Source: Candidatus Krumholzibacteriia bacterium
GTDB taxonomy: Bacteria > Krumholzibacteriota > Krumholzibacteriia > JAJRXK01
DNA: 64,000 bases
Assembly (NCBI GenBank): GCA_041484665.1
Contig: JBGPIA010000002.1
Coordinates: 1-64,000, forward strand
Reading direction: 5' to 3'
Shown here: positions 56,935-64,000 of the stretch, in pieces
How positions within the stretch are numbered: the first letter of the stretch is position 1
Layout: the number at the start of each line of letters is the position of its first letter
Notes under the pieces: model-generated
The model's input: the letters and a program-made list of their open reading frames with translations, nothing else
Told to the model about the DNA's origin: nothing
Database searches by the model: none
Made by a program: the position numbers and the translations under genes

Positions 56935-59118
56935 TTGAGTGATTGGGAGCTGGAGGTCAAGAGCTACCTCAGCGCGCATCCGCATCGTAGTTTCAAGGTC
57001 AAGGAGCTGCAGCGGGCGTTGCGCGTGCCCGGATCCCGTTACCGGCAGTTTCGCGCGCACGTGCTCGGCATGGCCCGCGATGGTCGCATCGCGCTCCTGC
57101 CGCGCCGGCGCGTGCAGACGCTGACGACGGCTCCCGTGCTCGAAGGCACCGTGGCGGGAGTCGGTGAGCTCGCCACGCACGTCTTGCTGGACGTGGGCGA
57201 GCGGATGCCCCTGGCCGAGGGCGAGAGCGCCGAGGTCGTGCCCGGGGACCGGGTGCGCGTTCGCCGCCTGCGCGTGCACGGCGTGCGGGTCGCGCAGATC
57301 CAGCGCGTGCTCTTGGCCGGACCGCGCACCGTGTTCGGCGAGCTGCGGCGCGCCGGGCCGCGCTGGATGCTCATCCCCGACACGCGCGTCCCCGGGCTCT
57401 CCGGTGGCGTGTTCGTCGATGAGGATGCCGCAGTGCCGGCCGCCGGTGATGGGCTGCTCGCACGGGCGCAGCTCCCCGCGTTCGATCCGGCGACCACGCG
57501 TCCGACTGCGCCGGCAGTGACGCTGCTGGGCGCCGCCGATCACCCCCGCGCCGCCATGGCGCGGCTGATCGGCCGCAGCGGATGGCCGCAGGAGTTCTCG
57601 GCGCGAGCCCGCGAGGAAGCCCGCGCGACCTTGGACCCGGCGCCAGCGCGGCGCGATCTGGGCGCCGAGGTCGTCTTCACCATCGATCCGCTCGATGCCA
57701 AGGACCACGACGACGCCGTCTCGATCGCGCGTCTGCCCGACGGGGCGGGCTTCGTGCTCGGCGTGCACATCGCCGACGTCGCCAGCTACGTGCCGCGCGA
57801 CAGCGCGCTCGACCAGGAGGCTCTCGCGCGCGCCACGAGCGTCTATCCACCCGGCGGGGTGCTCCCCATGCTGCCCGCGGAGCTTTCCAGCGGCGAGTGC
57901 AGCCTGCACCACGGAGTGGCCCGCCGCGCGGCGAGCGTGACGATCCGCTACGACGGCTCGGGACGGCGCCGCGGCTTCGACCTGGGGCTCACTTGGATCC
58001 GCAGCCGGGCCTCCTTGGCGTACGAGCAGGCCGAGGAGCTGATGGAAAACGGCGCGCCGCCGCCGCCGGAGCGCGTCGACGGCGCCACGTCCGAGGAGCT
58101 GCGGTCGGCGCTCTGCGAGATGCTCGAGCTGGCGACCCTGCTGCGAGAGCGCCGCCGCGACGTAGGAAGCCTGTTCGTGGAGCGGCCCGAGCGCACCTTC
58201 ACCTTCGATGTCGACGGACACGTTGCGCAGGTGGCGTGGCGGCCGCAGCTGCGCACGCACTGGATCATCGAGGAGTTCATGCTGGAGGCAAACCGGGCCG
58301 TCGCGCAGGCGCTGCACGCCGCGGAGCTTCCGCTGCTCTGGCGGGTGCACGAGGAGCCCGACGAGCTGAAGGTGGCCGAACTGGTGGAGATCCTCAAGGT
58401 CCTGGGCGTGCGCTGGAAGCCCCGCGAGCCAATCTCCGGGCACGACTACGGTCAGCTGCTGGCGCAGGTGCAGGGCAGCCCGCTGGCCTCGCTGGTGAGC
58501 CTGCTCACGCTGCGCTCGCTCATGAAGGCCCGTTACCGCGCCGGCTGGAACCGTCACTTCGGGCTCGCCTTCGAGGAGTACACCCATTTCACGTCACCTA
58601 TCCGCCGCTACCCGGACCTGCACAACCAGCGCTGGGTGCACCGGCTGGTGGCGCGCGCCGGCCGCGGGGGATGGGTGGACGACGCCCTGCACGCCGCCGC
58701 CGCGCTGGGCCGGGAGCGGCCGAGCGTGGCCGCCGACCACGAGGAGGCCCGGCGGCTCGCGGACCACTGCAGCGAGCAGGAGCGGCGGGCCATGGGGGTG
58801 GAGCGGGCGGCCGCCGACATCTGCGCCGCCGATGCCTTGCGCGGCCGGGAGGGGGAGGTGCTCGACGGCATGATCGTGAGCGTCGTGGGCAGCGGGCTGT
58901 TCGTGGAGATCGACGGCACGGGCTTGGACGGGTTCGTGGCAGTTGAACACCTGGCGGGCGACTGGTATACGTTCGATGCCCGGCGCCAGCTGCTCATGGG
59001 ACAGCGGACCGGCCGCACCTGGCACATGGGCCAACGGGTGCGCGTCTTGCTGGAGCACGTTGACGTGGCCAGCGGCCGGGTATGGCTGGGCGGGGTGGAG
59101 CCGCCTGCCAGGGGATAG
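56935..59118 (+). CDS. rnr: Ribonuclease R / RNB family exoribonuclease
   Basis: TIDPLDAKDHDDA, HIADV, IEEFML.AN, HFGLA...YTHFTSPIRRYPDL, C-terminal S1 domain. Confidence 0.92.
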   Translation: MSDWELEVKSYLSAHPHRSFKVKELQRALRVPGSRYRQFRAHVLGMARDGRIALLPRRRVQTLTTAPVLEGTVAGVGELATHVLLDVGERMPLAEGESAEVVPGDRVRVRRLRVHGVRVAQIQRVLLAGPRTVFGELRRAGPRWMLIPDTRVPGLSGGVFVDEDAAVPAAGDGLLARAQLPAFDPATTRPTAPAVTLLGAADHPRAAMARLIGRSGWPQEFSARAREEARATLDPAPARRDLGAEVVFTIDPLDAKDHDDAVSIARLPDGAGFVLGVHIADVASYVPRDSALDQEALARATSVYPPGGVLPMLPAELSSGECSLHHGVARRAASVTIRYDGSGRRRGFDLGLTWIRSRASLAYEQAEELMENGAPPPPERVDGATSEELRSALCEMLELATLLRERRRDVGSLFVERPERTFTFDVDGHVAQVAWRPQLRTHWIIEEFMLEANRAVAQALHAAELPLLWRVHEEPDELKVAELVEILKVLGVRWKPREPISGHDYGQLLAQVQGSPLASLVSLLTLRSLMKARYRAGWNRHFGLAFEEYTHFTSPIRRYPDLHNQRWVHRLVARAGRGGWVDDALHAAAALGRERPSVAADHEEARRLADHCSEQERRAMGVERAAADICAADALRGREGEVLDGMIVSVVGSGLFVEIDGTGLDGFVAVEHLAGDWYTFDARRQLLMGQRTGRTWHMGQRVRVLLEHVDVASGRVWLGGVEPPARG

Positions 59119-59145
59119 GTTCTTCCGTAGCATGGAGTTGCGGCC

Positions 59146-59529
59146 ATGACCAAGCCCGTGGGACTGGAGCGTCGCAGGGCCGAGCGCGTCAGCGCCCGTC
59201 TCAATCTGAACGTGCACCTGCGCTTGCCCGGATCGGGCGGCTCTGTGGACGACCTGGAGACCCTCAACGTGAGCAGCTCCGGGGTCTACTTCAAGAGCAG
59301 CCGCTTCATCGAGCCGATGACCAAGCTGGCGCTGCGCCTGGAAGTGCCCACCGAACGCGACGATCCCGACGTCACACGCCCGATCTCCTGCGAGGGGATT
59401 GTGGTGCGTACCCTCCCCGAGCAGCCGGACGAGTCCGTGGAGGCCTACGAGGTCGCGGTCTTCTTCACCACGATCGACGCCGAGAGCCTCCACAACCTGG
59501 AGAGCTACATCACCAACCTGCTGGCCTAG
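59146..59529 (+). CDS. PilZ domain protein (c-di-GMP receptor)
   Basis: RxxxR (ERRRAER) and NxSxxG (NVSSSG) motifs are intact. Confidence 0.85.
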   Translation: MTKPVGLERRRAERVSARLNLNVHLRLPGSGGSVDDLETLNVSSSGVYFKSSRFIEPMTKLALRLEVPTERDDPDVTRPISCEGIVVRTLPEQPDESVEAYEVAVFFTTIDAESLHNLESYITNLLA

Positions 59530-59637
59530 ACGCGGGCCGGCGCCGGGCCCGGGCGACCGCCCTGGCCCTTCCCGCTGTCAAGATCCGGCGCCTCGTGCCG
59601 ATCCCCTGGTGGCCGAACAGTCTCTGGGGAGGGGTCC

Positions 59638-61134
59638 GTGGCGCATACCCGCGAGCGCTATAGCGGTCGCCTGCTGGTCATCGACGACTCGGTGACGTTC
59701 TGCCGCCAATTCCAGCAGCTCCTGGAGCGGCTGGGATACCGCGTGGACGTAGCCCACGATCCGCGCAAGGGTCTGCAGTTCGTCCTGGCCGAGCCGGTCG
59801 ATGCCGTGCTGCTCGAGAAGCACCTACCGGGCATGGACGGCTACGCCCTGTGCCGCCTGCTCAAGAAGTACCCGCAGACGAGCGGGCTGCCGGTCGTCCT
59901 GCTCAGCAACGACGACGCCCTCAGCAGCCGCGTGGAGGGGCTGAGGGCAGGGGCTGACGAGTACCTGAGCAAGCGTATCTCCCCCGAGGAGCTCGACGGC
60001 CGGCTACAGTCGCTGCTGCGCGCGCAACGGCTGCGTGGCCAGATCGAGGATCAGCATCAGCAGCTCATGGCCGTGCTGGAGGGACTCTCCGACGGCGTGA
60101 TCCTGGTCGACCGCGACGGGGTGGCGCAGCTTGCCAACCGGGCCGCGCTGAGCCTGCTGCGCCTGGACCAGGACATCCTGCGCCTGCGCAGCATGCGTCA
60201 GATCCTCTCCACGCTGCGCTTCCCCCAGGCCCTGGCGGACCGGCTGCTGGCTACGGCCGAGCCGTTCACCGACGAGATCGAGGTGGAGATCGACGGGCAA
60301 CCGCGCCTGCTGGCGGTGCGGTGCGCCCGGGTCACGCGCGCCGCTGGACAGGGGCTGCTGACCGTGCTGGTCCTGCAGGACGTCACCGAGCGCCGCGAGA
60401 CCGAGCGCCTGAAAGCCGACTTCCATTCCATGATCGCCCACGACCTGCGCAGCCCGTTGAGCGTGATCCAGGGTTACCTGTCGCTGTTGCTCAAGGAGAA
60501 GGCGGGCGCGCTGACGCCGCACCAGGAGGAGTTCCTGTGCAGCGTCCAGGAGAAGGTGTGGGACGTGAGCCGGCTGCTGGACGATTTCCTCGACATGTCG
60601 AAGCTCGACGCGGGCTGCATCGTGCTCGACCGCCGGCCGACCGACCTGCGCATGCTGCTGTGCGCGTCGCTGCACGACGTGGCGCTCCTGGCGCGTGACC
60701 GGGGACTCACGACGCACCTGCGGATCGCGCCGCCGCTGGATGGAGCGCAGGTGGTGTGCGACGGCAGCCGCATCAAGCAGGTGCTCCAGAACCTCCTCAG
60801 CAACGCCGTGAAGTACAACCGCCTGCACGGCCGCATCGACGTCCGGGCGCGGCTGGAGGGCAACGAGCTGCTGGTCGAGGTGCAGGACGAAGGCATCGGC
60901 GTGCCGCCGGAGAAGCACCAGGAGATCTTCGAGCGCTACGTCCGGCTCAAGGAGGGGCCCGATGCTCCGGAAGGGCTGGGGCTGGGGCTGTTGATCGTGC
61001 GCAAGATCGTCGAGGCGCACGGCGGCCGCTCGGGGGTCCGCAGCGCCGCCGGCGAGGGCGCCACGTTCTGGTTCACGCTGCCCGCCGAGCTCCCGGCGTG
61101 CGAAGTCCCGCTGGAGCCACAGCTCACGGGCTGA
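59638..61134 (+). CDS. Hybrid receiver-PAS-histidine kinase
   Basis: N-terminal REC, PAS (DGVILVD...AN), H-box AHDLRSPL, NLLSNAVKY, DEGIG, GLGLGL. Confidence 0.93.
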   Translation: MAHTRERYSGRLLVIDDSVTFCRQFQQLLERLGYRVDVAHDPRKGLQFVLAEPVDAVLLEKHLPGMDGYALCRLLKKYPQTSGLPVVLLSNDDALSSRVEGLRAGADEYLSKRISPEELDGRLQSLLRAQRLRGQIEDQHQQLMAVLEGLSDGVILVDRDGVAQLANRAALSLLRLDQDILRLRSMRQILSTLRFPQALADRLLATAEPFTDEIEVEIDGQPRLLAVRCARVTRAAGQGLLTVLVLQDVTERRETERLKADFHSMIAHDLRSPLSVIQGYLSLLLKEKAGALTPHQEEFLCSVQEKVWDVSRLLDDFLDMSKLDAGCIVLDRRPTDLRMLLCASLHDVALLARDRGLTTHLRIAPPLDGAQVVCDGSRIKQVLQNLLSNAVKYNRLHGRIDVRARLEGNELLVEVQDEGIGVPPEKHQEIFERYVRLKEGPDAPEGLGLGLLIVRKIVEAHGGRSGVRSAAGEGATFWFTLPAELPACEVPLEPQLTG

Positions 61135-61255
61135 GGGCGCGGGCGGCGGCAATCCCTTCCCCCGGCGCGGCGCGGGCTGCCGCCCAAGGCTCCCGCTGCG
61201 CCCTACGCGCGCCTGCAACGCGTTGCGCGGCAGCGAAGTCCGTTCGCTGAGCCCA

Positions 61256-61271
61256 TGGCACATCAGTTGCC
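61256..61271 (+). promoter_or_regulatory. sigma54 (-24/-12) promoter of flg operon
   Basis: TGGCAC-ATCAG-TTGCC, about 30 bp before the flgF start. Confidence 0.75.
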
Positions 61272-61299
61272 GATGGCTGCCGGTCGTAGGAGGACGACC

Positions 61300-62109
61300 G
61301 TGCTGCGTTCATTGCAAGTCTCCAAGACCGGAATGCTGGCCCAAGAGGCCCGGCTCGAGGTCATCGCCAACAACCTCGCCAACGCCGCCACCACCGGGTT
61401 CAAGCGCCTGATCGCTTCGTACGAGGAGCTGCCCGCGCCCACGACTGCGGTGCCGGCGAGGTCGCCCACGCCGGCCGAGGCGCTGGCGGCCGCCACGGGC
61501 GGCGCGACGCCCGCCGGGGCGCTGGCCCGGCGGCCAGCGCCACGCCGCAGCGACGGCCCAGCACTGTTGACGCGCGTGGATCTGCGCCAGGGGGCGCTCG
61601 AGCAGACCGGCAACCCCCTGGACCTGGCTGTGTCGGGCGACGGGTTCTTCGTCGTGCGCGTCGGCTCGGCCGAGCGCTACACGCGCGCGGGCACCTTCCG
61701 CCTCGACGCGCAGGGCACGCTGGTGGACGCGCAGGGGCATCCCCTGGTGGGTGGGGGCGGCCCGATCCAGCTTGCGCCCGGCAGCGTGGCCATCGCGAGC
61801 GACGGGACGGTCAGCGTCAACGGCGCCGCGGTCGACCGGCTGCGGGTGGTGCGCTTCCCGGATCCCACCCACGTCCGTCCGGTGGGAGACAGTTTGTTGG
61901 CGCTCCCCGATGGCGAGGCGCCCCAGGACCTCCCGCCGGCCCAGGCGCAAGTCGCCCAGGGTTTCCTCGAGCGCAGCAACGCAAATCCGGTCCACGAGCT
62001 GATCTCATTGATCATGGCGCAGCGCGTCTTCGAAGCCGGCCAGCGACTGCTGGTCACGACCGACGACTCGTTGAGCCGCGCCATCAACCAGGTGGGCCGC
62101 GTCCGCTAG
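61300..62109 (+). CDS. flgF: Flagellar basal-body rod protein FlgF
   Basis: GTG after AGGAGG. IANNLANA.T.GFK, TGNPLDLA..GDGFF, YTRAG.F, GFLERSN. Lies upstream of flgG. Confidence 0.88.
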   Translation: MLRSLQVSKTGMLAQEARLEVIANNLANAATTGFKRLIASYEELPAPTTAVPARSPTPAEALAAATGGATPAGALARRPAPRRSDGPALLTRVDLRQGALEQTGNPLDLAVSGDGFFVVRVGSAERYTRAGTFRLDAQGTLVDAQGHPLVGGGGPIQLAPGSVAIASDGTVSVNGAAVDRLRVVRFPDPTHVRPVGDSLLALPDGEAPQDLPPAQAQVAQGFLERSNANPVHELISLIMAQRVFEAGQRLLVTTDDSLSRAINQVGRVR

Positions 62110-62135
62110 CGGCCTGCCGCAAGGGGGAGTCGAGC

Positions 62136-62927
62136 ATGCTCCGTGCGATGTCCACGGCCGCCAGCGGGATGCGCGCCCAGCAGACGCGCATCGACACGAT
62201 CGCCAACAACCTCGCCAATGCGAACACGGCGGGGTTCAAGGCCAGCCGCGTGGAGTTCCAGGACCTGCTCTACGAGGATGTCCTGCCCGCGGGCGGCACG
62301 CGGGCCGACGGCAGCGTCGAGCCGGTGCGCATGGAGGTGGGGCATGGGGTGCGGCTGGCGGCCTCCACCCGTTCGCTGGGCGAGGGAACGGTGGAGCAGA
62401 CGGGCAATCCGACGGACTTCGCCATCGAGGGCGATGGCTTCTTCCAGATCCGTATGCCCGACGGCAGCATCGCCTATTCCCGCGATGGCAGCTTCAAGGT
62501 CGACGCCGACCGTAACCTCGTCACCAGCGCCGGATACCGCTTGGAGCCGGCGATGACCATCCCGCAAGACGCGGTCGAGGTCTCGCTGGCGCGTGACGGG
62601 ACGGTGAGCGTGCTGCTGGCCGGCCAGAACGACACCCCCCAAGCCATCGGCCAGCTGGAGCTGGCGCGCTTCGCCAACCCGGCTGGGATGCGCCAGGAGG
62701 GCGGCAACCTGATGCGCTCGTCCGCCAACAGTGGCCCGCCGCTCTTGGGGCAGCCGGGGACCGTTGGGTACGGCGAGACGACCCAGGGCTTCCTGGAGAG
62801 GAGCAACGTGCAGGTGGTGGTGGAGCTCGTGGACATGATCACCGCGCAGCGCGCCTACGAGCTCAACAGCAAGGCGATCCAGGTCGCCGACGAGATGCTC
62901 TCCACCGTGAACGGGATCCGGAGGTAG
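62136..62927 (+). CDS. flgG: Flagellar basal-body rod protein FlgG
   Basis: AASGM.AQQ..ID.IANNLAN.NT.GFK.SR.EFQDLLY...MITAQRAYELNSKAI..ADEML. Confidence 0.96.
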   Translation: MLRAMSTAASGMRAQQTRIDTIANNLANANTAGFKASRVEFQDLLYEDVLPAGGTRADGSVEPVRMEVGHGVRLAASTRSLGEGTVEQTGNPTDFAIEGDGFFQIRMPDGSIAYSRDGSFKVDADRNLVTSAGYRLEPAMTIPQDAVEVSLARDGTVSVLLAGQNDTPQAIGQLELARFANPAGMRQEGGNLMRSSANSGPPLLGQPGTVGYGETTQGFLERSNVQVVVELVDMITAQRAYELNSKAIQVADEMLSTVNGIRR

Positions 62928-62930
62928 CCG

Positions 62931-63977
62931 GTGCGTACGCTGCAAGGGCTGGTGCTGGTGCTCGCGGTCGCGGGGGGAACCTCGCGCGCACCGGCGCAGG
63001 GGGCCGCGCCCGGCGCGCCGGCGCAGATCACGCTGCGCGCGCAGGCGGTCGTCCAGGGGCCGGATGTGCGGCTGACCGACCTGGTGGAGGAACGCCTGCC
63101 CGCGGCCTGGGCGCAGCTCGCGATCGCCCCGGCCCCGCCCGCCGGCCAGAGCATGGAGATCTCCCAGGCGCGCGTGCGGCGGACGCTCGCGCTGGGCGCG
63201 GTCGCGTCGCCACCCGCGGTGCGCGGCGCCGCGAGCTGCCGCGTGCGCAATGACGCAGCCTTGGCCGACGACGGCGCCTTGACGGGGAGCCTTCACGAGC
63301 TGCTCGACGCCCTGCCGCTGCCCGCCGGCGCGCTCGGCCAACGCTTCCAGGTCACCTCGATGCCCAGCCTCGTGGCTGTGGCCGGCAAGCTCTGCGCCCG
63401 ACTGCAGGGCGACGCCCCGCTGGTGGGGCCGGGCAGCGTGCGCGTGGAGTTCCTGCGCGGTGGCGCGATGCTCGTGGCCGCCCACGTCGGCGTGGTGCGG
63501 GAGCTGCGCGCGGTGGTCTGCACCGCGGCCCGCTCGCTGCCGGCCGGCACGGCGCTTTCGCCCAGCGATGTCGTCCTCGACACCCTGTGGATCGACCGCC
63601 CCGCGCTCTGGGAGCAGGCGCTGCGCCCGCCGCATGCGCCCGGCATCACGACGGCGCACGCCGTCGCGGCAGGCGAGGTGCTGCAGTCGGGTAGCCTGCG
63701 GCGCACGCCGCTGGTCGTGCGTGGCGCGCCGCTCGAGTGGGTAGTCTGGCGCGGCGCGTTGCTCGTAGTCGTGCACGCCACCGCGCGGGAGAGCGGCGCG
63801 TTGGGCGACTGGGTATGGGTCGAGAGTCCCTTCAACCGCAAGCTCGCCCGCGTGCAGGTGACGGGCCCGGGCCGAGTGGGAGATCCCCTGCCCGCTGCCT
63901 GCGAGCTGGCCCGCGCCCACAGCGGGCCCAACCCAGCGGCGGGCACGTCGGACGCTGCACCAGGAGAATTGCCGTGA
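62931..63977 (+). CDS. flgA: Flagellar P-ring formation chaperone FlgA
   Basis: Signal peptide, SAF domain (ARSLPAG..LS..DV), PLVVRG..., A.ESG.LGD.V.V...V.GPGRV. Synteny after flgG. Confidence 0.85.
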   Translation: MRTLQGLVLVLAVAGGTSRAPAQGAAPGAPAQITLRAQAVVQGPDVRLTDLVEERLPAAWAQLAIAPAPPAGQSMEISQARVRRTLALGAVASPPAVRGAASCRVRNDAALADDGALTGSLHELLDALPLPAGALGQRFQVTSMPSLVAVAGKLCARLQGDAPLVGPGSVRVEFLRGGAMLVAAHVGVVRELRAVVCTAARSLPAGTALSPSDVVLDTLWIDRPALWEQALRPPHAPGITTAHAVAAGEVLQSGSLRRTPLVVRGAPLEWVVWRGALLVVVHATARESGALGDWVWVESPFNRKLARVQVTGPGRVGDPLPAACELARAHSGPNPAAGTSDAAPGELP

Positions 63978-64000
63978 GCGCCACCACCAAACTCTCGCTC
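63974..64000 (+). CDS. 5' fragment of next gene, probably flagellar L-ring protein FlgH
   Basis: GTGA overlap with the flgA stop, AGGAG upstream. Identity rests on the usual flgF-G-A-H order only. Confidence 0.4.

Overview
A 64-kb window of a very high-GC, gene-dense bacterial chromosome. I saw no integrase, transposase, prophage or CRISPR array. Several secreted proteins carry a C-terminal FlgD-Ig/'PNPFNP' tail, two C25 (gingipain-like) peptidases are present, and there is a GlmU-like protein and a bS22/AURKAIP1-type peptide. By inference this suggests an FCB-related lineage such as Ca. Eisenbacteria, Krumholzibacteriota or Latescibacterota. Left third: ino1 (partial) with a divergent LysR gene; a DUF2279-like and a DUF212 gene; a ParA/MinD ATPase fused to a glycogen-binding CBM48/AMPK-beta domain plus a coupled unknown ORF; a surface-polysaccharide cluster (Wzc-like protein with a degenerate kinase domain, Wzy/ligase, GT4, WecA-like, methyltransferase, deacetylase-like); and two tandem ~1640-aa C25-peptidase/FG-GAP/FlgD-Ig proteins. 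Middle: an SGNH-like FlgD-Ig protein; clpB; an AfuABC/FbpABC-type ABC operon coupled to a PIG-L deacetylase; a peptide-binding lipoprotein; a metzincin lipoprotein; a very basic coiled-coil/winged-helix protein; a phosphodiesterase; fbp; DUF3109; and two paralogous deacetylase-like genes downstream of an ArnE/F-like SMR pair. Right third: tRNA-Leu(CAA) and tRNA-Ala(GGC); GlmU-like and AcsE-like genes; a compact bacterial microcompartment operon (BMC-H, BMC-T, three BMC-P, aldehyde dehydrogenase, no signature enzyme); HU, a bS22-like peptide and RNase R; PilZ and a hybrid kinase; and a sigma54-type flgF-flgG-flgA-(flgH) operon. The best leads for an undescribed system are the ParA-CBM48 module upstream of the polysaccharide cluster and the microcompartment lacking a signature enzyme. 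All functional calls come from motif recognition by eye, not database searches.
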